A DNA stretch of 64,000 bases from Stegostoma tigrinum (taxonomy: Eukaryota), in the NCBI RefSeq assembly GCF_030684315.1, contig NC_081368.1:45895734-45959733 (forward strand), given 5' to 3'. Both the position numbers and the translations under genes were made by a program. The notes below the pieces were generated by a model. That model searched no databases, was not told the DNA's origin, and saw only the letters and a program-made list of their open reading frames with translations. Below are positions 11,001-22,390 of the stretch, piece by piece. The stretch's first letter is position 1. The number at the start of each line of letters is the position of its first letter.

Positions 11001-11975
11001 CAAAGCTGAAAATGTTATAAAGGCTGTGCCACCCAGATGGTCGTACTTTCTGAAGGACATTAGTCCGGCAACAAGTTGTGTCACTCCACCAATCAAAATA
11101 AGGTGAACACCTAGAAAAAAATGGAATTTTTAGTAGCACTGGCTTCTTTGATTAATTACTTAGGATATCAAATAGAGAGGCTTTAAACTTATTTCACCAT
11201 TGACCACCATAAACTTCAAAAATGTCGAAAAACAATATCTTCATTAGTGTCTTGAGCTAATGAGACCTTTTAAAAATGATCATTCAAAATCTTAGAACTG
11301 GTTAATACTGCAGTTTAGGTTTGTTTGTAAATACTTTCTTTTAACATCCCTGTGTTTCAGTATAACTTGGATTCTGACTGACTTCAAAGGGCAGCAGTGT
11401 GCCAACTCTTACCGGACGTGTCAAAGTGCTGGGATTTGAAAGTACATAGAGCTTTTCAAGTTAAGAAATGAATGCAGGAGTTTATACTTTATAAGTATGA
11501 TATGTAAAAATTAGTTGTGTCAAAGCAGGCCGAAGAAACATTGGAACAAGATTGAAGCTACTTTCTCCAGAAGTCAACAATGGGCTAAGAATTGTACATG
11601 TTTTTGCCCTATTTACAAAATGTAATATTTCGTGTCAGTTATGAAGTCTTACCATCATAAACCATTTTCCTGAGTAATAGTTGTTACAAAACATCTCAGA
11701 ATTTTTTGCATAATTCATGTTTAGTGGCTTTTGTGTTCCATGCAAAATCAGATGATATTTCATGTTGTGTAAGGTGATTACTAATCACAGCTGCAATAAG
11801 CTGCTATTTGTAACTAACCTGCCAAGATGTTTTCAGTTCCATTGGCCAAAATATTTGTATTGACTTGGGCAAAATTTTGAAGAGCTACAAGGAAGGCACT
11901 GATCACATTGGCCAAAAGCCCCAGGACTCCTGGCTCACTGTAAAATACAGCAGGAAAGCCTTCTGCACTAGACAT
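4954..11975 (-). CDS. Multi-exon gene: 3x GPR1/FUN34/YaaH (SatP/AceTr)-like carboxylate channel fused to a C-terminal YrdC/TsaC-like domain, ~877 aa
   Basis: Coding exons 11975-11819, 11110-9647, 8228-8136, 8041-7937, 7845-7736, 6578-6384, 6234-6072, 5936-5771, 5678-5584, 5039-4954. All introns are GT-AG with compatible phases (1,1,1,1,0,0,1,2,1); total 2634 nt with no internal stop. SatP-like motifs: YSEPGVLGL, GGVTQLVAGLMSFRKYDHLGGTAFITFSALW, LIPLG. YrdC motifs: PTDTVYAL, KERP..KP, IRVPDH, TSANPSG, STV, ILREG. Confidence 0.85.
5584..5678 (-). CDS. YrdC-like domain exon 4 (RLGHKINAVLCDGDSNELVASTVINC)
   Basis: Acceptor ttttatcaatag, donor G|GTATCA, phase 2-1; D.G...ST motif. Confidence 0.85.
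5771..5936 (-). CDS. YrdC-like domain exon 3 (IMIRVPDH...AITSANPSG)
   Basis: Acceptor ccttttttaaag, donor TC|GTACGT; S-x-N motif. Confidence 0.9.
6072..6234 (-). CDS. YrdC-like domain exon 2 (ERPAEKPICIC...YPGGMSCIV)
   Basis: Acceptor gctttccag, donor G|GTATGT; completes the K-x-R motif across the junction. Confidence 0.9.
6384..6578 (-). CDS. YrdC-like domain exon 1 (GIPTDTVYALAAS...IYNIK)
   Basis: Acceptor aatcacag, donor AAG|GTAAGT, phase 0-0; PT(D/E)TVY motif. Confidence 0.9.
7736..7845 (-). CDS. Exon, end of third AceTr-like unit (VMLALISFVCVYGQTASFANHMFGKQLIPLGDSLLK)
   Basis: Acceptor ttccttcag, donor AAG|GTAACT, phase 1-0; resembles the SatP C-terminal G..LPIG motif. Confidence 0.85.
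7937..8041 (-). CDS. Exon, third AceTr-like unit (ALYVNVVLLIVTVIMEVIIICFLLFTLERLPLPLE)
   Basis: Acceptor ctctttcccag, donor G|GTTAAA, 105 nt, phase 1-1; hydrophobic helix. Confidence 0.85.
8136..8228 (-). CDS. Exon, third AceTr-like unit (HLLNIDPSSDGGFTAGAIAFLIVNMFLVIL)
   Basis: Acceptor ttttatgcag, donor G|GTGAGT, 93 nt, phase 1-1. Confidence 0.85.
8255..8371. mobile_element. Intronic PLE terminal fragment
   Basis: PLE terminus; direct repeat TCTTTGAAAC (8245-8254, 8372-8381). Confidence 0.7.
8841..9075. mobile_element. Head-to-head palindromic pair of PLE termini (CTGAAGA variant)
   Basis: Inverted termini centred near 8938. Confidence 0.75.
9201..9404 (+). repeat. Inverted local duplicate of ~7570-7775 (exon end, donor site and intron)
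   Basis: Aligns by eye to the reverse complement of 7570-7775 with scattered substitutions. Confidence 0.9.
9647..11110 (-). CDS. Large 1464-nt exon encoding most of the three SatP/AceTr-like membrane units
   Basis: Matches ORF 9636..11096; acceptor ttttttctag, donor GCAG|GTATAT; many hydrophobic helices. Confidence 0.92.
11819..11975 (-). CDS. First coding exon of SatP-YrdC gene (MSSAEGFPAVFYSEPGVLGLLANVISAF...ENILA)
   Basis: Acceptor ttcattctag ends at 11987, ATG at 11975, donor G|GTTAGT. Contains an AceTr N-terminal (N/E)PxxLGL-like motif. Absent from the ORF track. Confidence 0.85.
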
Positions 11976-12497
11976 TTTCTTTGAGCCTAGAATGAATAAA
12001 TAAACGAATGTAGGAATTAAACAGCATCCATTTCATGAATCTTAAATGAATTAATTGATGATTAAAACACAACACCCACCATGAAATTGAATCTGCATTA
12101 ATGACAAACTATATGATTCACAAAAATATCACTTGCTTAGACAAATATAGCAGGCATAATAGATATGAAAAGACAGCATGACCTAATATGTAATAATATC
12201 CAAACTTTGCACAATATCATATAAATATAGACATGGTAATGTATATGTAAACAAATATGAGCTAGCAGTTTTGCCTCCTCAGACAAAATGGGAGTATAGC
12301 ACTGAGCTGACAAATTTCCCATTTCTGAGTCATTTTTCCCACAAATGGCAAGTCACCAATTAAGGGCAGTTGAACACCTTCGAAGGCCTATTACCAGAGA
12401 CTGGAGAAAATCTTTCAGTCAACCTCCAGGTTCGCTGAGGCACTGGGGAAAAAGCCAGATACTTGGAAATTGCCTCCAGTCAACATGCTCAAGAGTC

Positions 12498-13170
12498 AGT
12501 GATAATGGGAACTGCAGATGCCGGAGAATCCAAGATAACAAAGCGTAGAGCTGGATGAACACAGCAGGCCAAGTAGCATCTCAGGAGCACAAAAGCTGAT
12601 GTTTCGGGCCTAGACTCTTCATCAGAGAGGGGGATGGGGAGAGAGTTCGGGAATAAATAGGGAGAGAGGGGGAGGCAGACCGAAGATGAAGAGAAAAGAA
12701 GATAGGTAGAGAGGAGAGTATAGGTGAGAGGTAGGGAGGGGATAGGTCAGTCCAGGGAAGACGAACAGGTCAAGGAGGTGGGATGAGGTGGTAGGTAGGA
12801 AATGGAGGTGCAGCTTGAGGTGGGAGGAAGGGATGGGTGAGAGGAAGAACAGGTTAGGGAAGCGGAGACAAGCTGGGCTGGTTTTGGGATGCAGTGGGTG
12901 GAGGGGACGAGCTGGGCTGGTTTTGTGATGCAGTGCGGGGAGGGGAAGAACTGGGCTGGTTTTGGGATGCAGTGGGGGAAGGGGAGATTTTGAAGCTGGT
13001 GAAGTCCACATTGATACCATTGGGCTGCAGGGTTCCCAAGTGGAATATGAGTTGCTGTTCTTGCAACCTTCGGGTGGCATCATTGTGGCACTGCAGGAGG
13101 CCCATGATGAACATGTCGTCTGAGGAATGGTAGGGGGAGTTAAAATGGTTCGTGACTGGGAGGTGCAGTT
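12498..13170 (-). mobile_element. 5'-truncated Penelope-like element
   Basis: GIY-YIG C-terminus (RRLQEQQLIFHLGTLQPNGIN), 33-bp Pro-rich tandem units, terminus with hammerhead motif. Confidence 0.9.
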
Positions 13171-13910
13171 CTCCAGTCAGGCTTTGATGCCCTTCTCATC
13201 TGCCTGCATGGATTGTAAAGCAATTGAATCGAAAAACATTGAACTGAATTGCAATTTATGTATTTGGAAAAATTGTTATCATCTGCTGCATTCGACCACT
13301 ATGATAATAGTATAGTTCTTATAATTTTGCACTTTGTACTTCTTCTCCTTGCTTGAGCATCTCATCATTTTCCATCCTCTCATGCCCCTCTTAAAATCCT
13401 TGCTTTCTATCACCTCGCAAAGTCCATCTTGGTTCTCCCTGTGATCATCTCCTTTCTCATCTCCCTGAGACTTGGTGATGTCTATCTCCATCTCTGTGCC
13501 TTCACATCTCTTCTCATGGTAATTATGCACATTCTACATTTTTCCATCCATATCTATTCACAGTCAAGCCAATATGGGTCAGTAGAAAAGAGATGAAAAG
13601 TGAATGGCACTTGTTATGATTTGAGACAGGGGCAGCAGTGTTTTGATTATAGAGGGTAAAATGTGGAAACCATCTATGAAGGCAAAAGAATAATTAAACC
13701 TAGAGGTAACAAAACATGAATGAAGGATTCAGCATAATATAAACTAAGATAAGGTAAAGTCACAGGATGTTTCTCAGATGAAAATATGAGGTTTTATCAA
13801 TGGCATTAATGAGACGTCAGAAGCTGAACTCTGGTTCAAAAGTGACCTTAAGGTTGGGAATAGGCTGGCTTAATCTCAGAGCGTTATCAAGGGCAGGGTT
13901 GAAGTTGGAT

Positions 13911-13950
13911 GAGTTCTGAGGAAGGGTCTCCGGACCCGAAATGTTAACTC
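13911..13950 (+). ncRNA. Minimal hammerhead ribozyme in a PLE-derived repeat
   Basis: GAGTT-CTGAGGA-A-GGGTC-TCCG-GACCC-GAAA-TGTT-AACTC: stem I, CUGANGA core, stem II, GAAA. Confidence 0.6.
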
Positions 13951-14199
13951 TGATTTTTCCTTCCAGATGCTGCCAGACCTGCTGAGCTTTTCCAGCAACT
14001 TTGTTTTTGTTCATGAAGTTGGATGCCATGGACAGAATTTGGATTTGGGACTGAATGCAATGACTTCAGTCTTCCCAATTTTTGTTTGGAAATCCCTGCT
14101 TACTGGATATTGGAAATGCAGCCTGATAACTTACTACCAGTGGAAGAGTTGAGAGAGGTAAAGATGTTGTGAAAACATGCATGTGAGAAATAACTCGAT

Positions 14200-14455
14200 G
14201 ACTTTGGACTGAATAGAACCAATGCTGGAGATCATAGTGGGTCTGACAGCATCCAGGGAGAGAGCATGCTAATGTTTCAAGTCTAGATGATTCTTGTGAA
14301 TTGATGAGGCACTATTTACACTTCACTTCAGCTCTGATGAAGAGTCATCTGGATTCAAAACATTAGCTTGCTCTCTCTCCATGAATGCTACCTGACCCAC
14401 TGTGATCTCCAGCATTTGCTGTTTTCAGTCCAGATTGCAGCATCTGCAGTAATTT
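14200..14455. mobile_element. Older PLE family, inverted termini
   Basis: Inverted arms; degenerate hammerhead AGCT-CTGATGA...AAAAC-ATT-AGCT near 14331-14369; related to 56985-57120. Confidence 0.55.
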
Positions 14456-16062
14456 GTTCGTATGTCTTTGCAGGTGCCTGGGAGCAGCATATAGATAAGC
14501 AATAGGAGGGCCAAAGAATAGATCCTTGTGGGGGGCTGTGCATGATCAGGAGGAGAAACCACTGTAAGCGATTAATTTGGCTATAATTGGATAAATAAGA
14601 ATTGAAACATATTTCAATAGTCGCAACCAGCTGGACGAAGGTAAGTTTCATTGGAGGTGTATGGTGTGGATAACCATGTCAAAAGGCTGCAGACTGGTCA
14701 AGAACGGTGAGGAGAGAAAGTTTTCCTGTATGACGCTCACATAGGATGTCATTTGTGAATAAAACCCTTCAAAAACCCTATGATTAGGCTATTGACCACC
14801 TTGGCTAACATATGCTTCCACAGTTTGGCGTTCACATGAGGAGTCTCAGATGTCTATGTAAAAACGCTACAAACTAAAATTGTTGTTAAAGGAATATTCT
14901 GAATATTTCTGAACAAGGGTCCCATGCGAAACGTCAACTTTCCTCCTCCTCTGATGTGTTCCTCTAGCTCCGCACTGTGTTATCTCTGACTCCAGCATCG
15001 ACAGTTCTTGATACTTCTGATACTTACAATACTTGAAGTAATTAACTCATTCAACTCTACATTTGGTTATGATAATCAGCCAATCGAGGCTGCATTACAC
15101 AAACCGGTCGTTTTCAAAATTTCAAAAGAGCTTCGGTAACTAGAACTTTCAGAAAGTGAATTTAACAATATTAGAAAACGTACATGAGACTTGATGGCTT
15201 AGCTTAAAGAATGGGACGCCATCTCTTGGTAATGCATATATAACATCGGCGTAAAGTTCGGTAAAATTTCCTGTATGAGATCGCTGGAGAATCGCAACGT
15301 TACTCCGTTAATAGTGCAATCGTATTATTACGCTTTTTCTAGGAACAGCAGGTTATAATAGAAAACCACTGCTATTGCCAAATGCGAACAATGCAGAAAA
15401 TAACCACAGTGGCTGGAATTCTATGGAGAGACGAGGGAGGATTTGGCTGATGGCAAGTTTTTCCAGACAAATTCAGACAACAATTTTTAGGACACAAACT
15501 TGAGGAACCCCGAGAGATCTGCGAACCGAACTGGGTATAGAATCGTTAATTCAGTTATCGACTGTAACAGCCTCTCGGCGATGCGCCCCACTTGCTTTCT
15601 GAACGGTTAGAAGCGTTAGTATGAGATACTTAAGCTTAACCTGAAATTGTTTAAAGCATTATTCGTTAATCCTTACCGAATCTGATATCTCGATATTATA
15701 CAAATAGACATTTCTAGGCACAATAGACAAATTGAGACATAATTATGAACACATTTTAAACCACAGTCGAGTTGACACTAGAAAATTAATATCAGACCTC
15801 TCAAGGATTGTTATCGTTGTGAGTCTTCCACATCTTTGAGCTATATTTCAATTTATCGAAATCATTGATTTTTCTACAAATGCATATAAAAGATATATCT
15901 GATATCATTCAATACATAAGTAACGTAAAACCATCTCTATATGTACTGAATTATATCAGATTCGTCCTTTAAAATCATTTGGCTTTAGATGTTTAAATCA
16001 CTGAATTCCTTAGCTATGAACACATAATATCATGTAAAAGAATGAATGTTAATGTTGCTTAC

Positions 16063-16250
16063 ATGCAGTGTCCTCGGGGCACCTTCTTTGCTGTTATTTT
16101 AAACTATCGTGTCTCTCGGTTTTATAGGAGTTGGCATTGAAAGAGGAAATAGTAAGCATTATATTTCATAAATGTGACCAGCCCCCGAGGACTTTTCCCA
16201 AGATTTTTTTTTCCACTTGACGATCTGTCACAGCTAACTTCCTCGTTCGT
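16063..16250 (-). promoter_or_regulatory. Putative promoter and short non-coding first exon of the SatP-YrdC gene
   Basis: TATAAAA at 16126-16120; donor GTAAGC starting 16062; kB-like GGGAAAAGTCC 16199-16189; PU.1/ETS GAGGAAGTT 16244-16236; local CpG enrichment ~15000-16500. The first coding exon has an acceptor, so an upstream exon is needed, but its position is inferred. Confidence 0.45.
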
Positions 16251-16757
16251 CATAGTGGGGGCACCAACGTTAATGCATAGCAGCCAGCATCAAAGAGATC
16301 AGGAAATTGGAACAAGGAAAACATAAGTTCCGCGCCATTCCTTGAATGATCATTTATCAACTGTTTTCATATCTTATTCGAGGATAGACTTTACAATAAT
16401 TGGAAAGTCGTTTTTTAAAAGAATGTGTCGGGTCTGAAGCGGAGGCTTTTCATTTGAAAGAGACGCTGAATGAATACTATTGCAAGGCTATAGAGAATGT
16501 TTCTTCTGCTTTAATTGATCAACGAGAAATGAAGATTTACATCATATTTTTATTATGGAAAACTTCAGGTGACTGCTAAAATGGACCAAGCGAATTCCAC
16601 TATTTACCTTATTTAGACCAACTTTTTCAAACGACAATGATCAAAGAGTCAAACAGATATCAGAAATGCTTAGAAACATGCACCCTAGATGAGGGTGTTT
16701 TACGGCCCTCGGTTACAATACAGTGAAAGACATGGAAAAGAAACAATGTTAGAATAT

Positions 16758-18711
16758 TATCAGAGATAATGGGAACTGCAGATGCTGGAGATTCCAAGAT
16801 AATAAAATGTGAGGCTGGATGAACACAGCAGGCCAAGCAGCATCTCAGGAGCACAAAAGCTGACGTTTCGGGCCTAGACCCTTCATCAGAGAGGGGGATG
16901 GGGGGAGGGAACTGGAATAAATAGGGAGAGAGGGGGAGGCGGACCGAAGATGGAGAGTAAAGAAGATAGGTGGAGAGGGTGTAGGTGGGGAGGTAGGGAG
17001 GGGATAGGTCAGTCCAGGGAAGACGGACAGGTCAAGGAGGTGGGATGAGGTTAGTAGGTAGCTGGGGGTGCGGCTTGGGGTGGGAGGAAGGGATGGGTGA
17101 GAGGAAGAACCGGTTAGGGAGGCAGAGACAGGTTGGACTGGTTTTGGGATGCAGTGGGTGGGGGGGAAGAGCTGGGCTGGTTGTGTGGTGCAGTGGGGGG
17201 AGGGGATGAACTGGGCTGGTTTAGGGATGCAGTGGGGGAAGGGGAGATTTTGAAACTGGTGAAGTCCACATTGATACCATATGGCTGCAGGGTTCCCAGG
17301 CGGAATATGAGTTGCTGTTCCTGCAACCTTCGGGTGGCATCATTGTGGCAGTGCAGGAGGCCCATGATGGACATGTCATCAAGAGAATGGGAGGGGGAGT
17401 GGAAATGGTTTGCGACTGGGAGGTGCAGTTGTTTGTTGCGAACTGAGCGGAGGTGTTCTGCAAAGCGGTCCCCAAGCCTCCGCTTGGTTTCCCCAATGTA
17501 GAGAAAGCCGCACCGGCACATCCCAGATGTCCAAGTTCTTTAAGGACCGCAACTTTCCCCCCACGGTGATTGAGAACGCCCTTGACCGCGTCTCCCGCAT
17601 TTCCCGCGACACATCCCTCACACCCCGCCCCCGCCACAACCGCCCCAAGAGGATCCCCCTCGTTCTCACACACCACCCTACCAACCTCCGGATACAACGC
17701 ATTATCCTCCGACACTTCCGCCATTTACAATCCGACCCCACCACCCAAGACATTTTTCCATCCCCACCCCTGTCTGCTTTCCGGAGAGACCACTCTCTCC
17801 GTGACTCCCTTGTTCGCTCCACACTGCCCTCCAACCCCACCACACCCGGCACCTTCCCCTGCAACCGCAGGAAATGCTACACTTGTCCCCACACCTCCTC
17901 CCTCACCCCCATCCCAGGCCCCAAGATGACATTCCACATTAAGCAGAGGTTCACCTGCACATCTGCCAATGTGGTATACTGCATCCACTGTACCCGGTGC
18001 GGCTTTCTCTACATTGGGGAAACCAAGCGGAGGCTTGGGGACCGCTTTGCAGAACACCTCCGCTCAGTTCGCAACAAACAACTGCACCTCCCAGTCGCAA
18101 ACCATTTCCACTCCCCCTCCCATTCTCTTGATGACATGTCCATCATGGGCCTCCTGCACTGCCACAATGATGCCACCCGAAGGTTGCAGGAACAGCAACT
18201 CATATTCTGCCTGGGAACCCTGCAGCCATATGGTATCAATGTGGACTTCACCAGTTTCAAAATCTCCCCTTCCCCCACTGCATCCCTAAACCAGCCCAGT
18301 TCATCCCCTCCCCCCACTGCACCACACAACCAGCCCAGCTCTTCCCCCCCACCCACTGCATCCCAAAACCAGTCCAACCTGTCTCTGCCTCCCTAACCGG
18401 TTCTTCCTCTCACCCATCCCTTCCTCCCACCCCAAGCCGCACCCCCAGCTACCTACTAACCTCATCCCACCTCCTTGACCTGTCCGTCTTCCCTGGACTG
18501 ACCTATCCCCTCCCTACCTCCCCACCTACACCCTCTCCACCTATCTTCTTTACTCTCCATCTTCGGTCCGCCTCCCCCTCTCTCCCTATTTATTCCAGTT
18601 CCCTCCCCCCATCCCCCTCTCTGATGAAGGGTCTAGGCCCGAAACGTCAGCTTTTGTGCTCCTGAGATGCTGCTTGGCCTGCTGTGTTCATCCAGCCTCA
18701 CATTTTATTAT
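16758..18711 (+). mobile_element. Young Penelope-like element with ~720-bp inverted arms
   Basis: ORF 17410..18396 with GIY-YIG endonuclease (VVYCIHC..C..LYIGET.RRL..RF.EH); 16797-17517 is the reverse complement of ~17994-18711; 14-bp TSD CAATGTTAGAATAT (16744-16757, 18712-18725). Confidence 0.95.
18619..18650 (+). ncRNA. Minimal hammerhead ribozyme of the PLE terminus
   Basis: CT-CTGATGA-A-GGGT-CTAG-GCCC-GAAAC-GTC-AG; loopless palindromic stem III (ACGT), as in dimeric PLE hammerheads. Recurs in many copies in the window. Confidence 0.7.
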
Positions 18712-19329
18712 CAATGTTAGAATATGACGGATTTAAAGGCTTTCGAGGAACAAGATAGAAAAGTTAAACAAAATGAAGGCCGATTGCCGGAGCAAATATT
18801 CCCAAGAAGCTTCAGAAATTCTGCTCTGCTGTTCCATGATGCTGACAGGAACACCCAAGAGGGGCCATTATATAAATTGTCCGATTCTGCCTAACACAAA
18901 CTTCTTTTTCAAGTTGTTCACGGCCTCACATCAAATGTTAAGCATTGTATCCAAAGCGCGACTGATTTAATCTGATCTGGCGATCGTCTCCACTATATTC
19001 TCAAACCTCCTAACTTTGTGCAGCTCACTTCTGCCTCCTCAACACCTACAACGAGATTATCAGATTATACCCATTGTTTCAACTGTTCTTGTTTCAGAAC
19101 TGTATTTCTCTTATCTCTTCCAATGAACTGCCTCCACAGGCATACAGGACTCATCCGTTGCATTCCAAAACCTTAACGATTTCCAAGTTCCGACTTCTTC
19201 TCACAATAGATGTCCAAAGATTCGACACGTCTATTCGTTATCTGCGTGGCTGAGAGCTCCACATCTTCCATGAATGGAGGCTCAATCATTTTCCTACACT
19301 GGAGGAATTTGTTCTCACATTGAACAATT

Positions 19330-20030
19330 TCCCTGTTTCTTCCACTCCCTTCAAATGAAAGGATTTGCTCTCATAACTTCTAGGGGGGCCCTAGTTATAG
19401 CTACTGCTGCATGGGAAACGTTCTTTCTGTTAATGCCCCCAACCAATTTCCCATTTTGTTTACATTGATGATTGCAGTAATAATCCCTTTTCTTGCCCTC
19501 TCTCTGAACCGGATAATGTCATTGAATTTGCTTTTCATTCTGCTATCTCCTTGCTCTGGTATGACCCATTTTGACTTATTTTTTGCTCAACTCAGCTGTC
19601 TCCATTTTTGAAAACAGGCTAATTGCCCATTTCTGATAAAGCCTAATGATCTCTTCAACTATCCCATCCCACTTCCTAGAAGAACTCAATTTCAATCTTT
19701 CAGTTTGTCAGTCCCTCTCACATTTTCTAATGGTAGTACCTTCTATACAAGTGTTTTGATTCTTTGTTTCCTCAACTGAAGAATCCATCCAACTGAGAAA
19801 ATGAAGAGTTCATTCAGTGAAAAACTGTGTTCCTTCCATTCCCTTATTTCAGCGTTATACTGCCTTTTCAGAATTGCAATAGATTTCCCCTTGATCCCAA
19901 CAGCCTTCAACAGATCAACCTCCAGCCCTTCTGCAATCTCCAGCATGATGTCACCAACCTGTCCTTCTCTTTTTGCCCTCCAAATGCCCTCTGATTCTAT
20001 ACTCCACTCCCCAGCCACTTCCAACACTGC
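19330..20030 (+). mobile_element. Highly decayed PLE RT/linker remnant
   Basis: Weak similarity to 44400-45200; many stops. Confidence 0.4.
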
Positions 20031-21719
20031 TTCCTCTTCATACATTGAAGAGAGAGGGAATAATAATACTGCAGATCTTGAAAAAGATCTGTGCATGACT
20101 AAAACTTCTCATTATTCTGTCGGCTGACTATTGAACTGAACTGGATGATCAAGCCATGATCAGATTGAATGGCAGAACAGGCTTGAGGGGCCTATTCCTC
20201 CTGAGGAATTCTTCCTGAGCTCTGAGGAAGGGTCACCAAACCCAAAATGTTAGCTCTGTTTTTTTCCTTCACAGATGCTGCTAGACCTGCTGAGCTTTTC
20301 CAGCAATTTTGTTTTTGCGCCTTTTCCTCCTTTTCTTTTCGATATTTTTAAGTTTCTATTCTCAAGATTGCACAACAATAGTTTCTAATGTGAATTCAGA
20401 ATTTTGCAACAGAACCACTCCACCTCCAATGCTTTAGGAACAGCATATGGCAGGGAATAGATAGTAAGGGCGGAAATCATTCCCATATTTATAAATTTTC
20501 TGTAGGACCATTAAAGTATAGGGTCACATAATGGCACAGAAGGATATCTTTCAGCTTATCAAGTCTGCACCGATACTTTCTTAGTCCCACTGTCCTGCAT
20601 GTTCTCCTCAATCCTGCAGTATTTTTTTCTCCTTCAAAACATTATTAATAAATGCAGATACAGAGAGAGAGTGTAGAACAACAGCTCAGTTACTGGCAGT
20701 AAAGGAGAATAAATATTGAATAATTAGAAAAAGGAACACAACATATTGATACGGCTGAAAATCTACTAAAGAAGAAAAAGACTAAGATAAGTAAATCCTT
20801 TATGAAGCAGTTATTAGCTGATATTGACCAGTAGGTTGCAGCAGAAGTTGGACTAGTTTTAAAATCAGGACAAGAATTTGATTTCAGAGATTTAGAAAGG
20901 ATGCACTTACATTGGAAAAAAAAGCAGAATTTATTGGAACAGATGTTCCCAAAGGCAAGAACGTGAGATATTTCTTTAACATCAGAGAGAGGCTAAAAAT
21001 GTTAATTGTTTCAAAACTAAGGGTGGGGTCCTGAAACAGAACAGAATGTGTCAACAAGCAATCATAATGGAAATAATTCTGCAAAAATGAACTGGTTATT
21101 TCACAATTTCTTTACCTAGTTCTACCGGTCATTCTTTGCAGGGTGTGACAAAGATATTGAACTCAAAGAAGGAAAGCATAATAGAGTGCTTCACAAGTCT
21201 GTGTGTTTTTTTGTGAACATGTCATTTAACAATACGGTGTGATGAGGGCCTACAGGAGTCCAAATGCAACTGTTCTACTGGGCTGTCTAGATTCAGGCTG
21301 GCTTTTTTTTGCCGTTTTGCCTTTTTTTAAATATGGAGGACAAATTTTCCCAAATTCCCTTGCAGTATAAGCTGTAGTTCATTCATATTGAAGAAATATT
21401 TCTTGTAAATGATTGTACACCTAGTATCTTTTTTAAAAATTACTCTAGCAGCAGGCACAGGAAAATAAAAATTCACTGAACTGAGGCAACATCATTGATT
21501 TTTAAGAAGACGACGGTTAAGTCTCATAGGTGCTAGCCATGGGTGAATTCGTAGAGATGTAGCCTTTGAGTCGGAATGTTGTGGGTTCCATTCCAGGACC
21601 TGAACACCGCAAATTGAAGTGGGGTCATGGGGGCAATCATGAGAACTGTTGAGAAAAATTTGAAATGAATCTGAAAACTAGCCCTCATGGGTTGCAGTAG
21701 AATCACAATAAACTCACAA

Positions 21720-22390
21720 AATCAGAAAAAAAAGCCAACATAGGAGAAAGCAATTCTTTTGCCAAGTCTGTTTTGGATCTTTCACTGAATGGTGCAGTTA
21801 GCCCCATTCCTACTGTCTTTCACCTCCAAGAAATTTCCCAATTCCATTTTGAAGACAATCATTGAATTTACATATACAACCCTACTAAGCTCTATCTTTG
21901 AAATTCAAACTACTGGCTATGTAAGAACTTCTCTTTTAATCACACATTACCTAGTTCTTTTGCCAAATATTTTAAACCAGCATCTAATAGTTATCAAGCC
22001 TTCAAACACTGGAATCAATTTCTCTTCAACTTCTCCATCTGAATTCTTCCTGATTCCAAACATTTCTATCAGATGTCCTTTTCATCTTATCTGATGTGAT
22101 TAATCCAACTCTGCAGTTTTTCCATTAACCCATAACCACTCATCACTGGAACTATTTCTAGTAGTTTTCTCTACTATCTTCAAAACCTTTCTTTCTTCCA
22201 AAATTGTGAGCCCAGAACTGAACAGAATCTCCCAACCATGCCCAATCTAGCATTTTCTACAGGTTCCACATCATTTCTTGTTTTTTTTCTCTAAGCCACT
22301 CTTTATCAAGCTCAGGGTCCTTGGTTCTTAAATAATAGCACTGTTAACTAATTTTGCCACCATTAAGCATTGTGTACAAACACTCACATC
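21720..22390 (-). mobile_element. Decayed CR1-type LINE 3' region
   Basis: Weak similarity to the other CR1 3' ends; boundaries approximate. Confidence 0.45.

Noticed and set aside
9636-11096. Bacterial contamination or a stand-alone single-exon transporter
   Set aside because: Flanked by canonical splice sites, phase-compatible exons and vertebrate repeats.
12850-12980. 33-bp tandem units as a CRISPR-like array
   Set aside because: No unique spacers; they are the Pro-rich tandem repeat at the PLE ORF end, in eukaryotic DNA.
17410-18396. 328-aa ORF and overlapping Pro/Gly-rich ORFs as host genes
   Set aside because: They are PLE GIY-YIG coding sequence and its shadow frames; the N-terminus is an artefact of the inversion junction.
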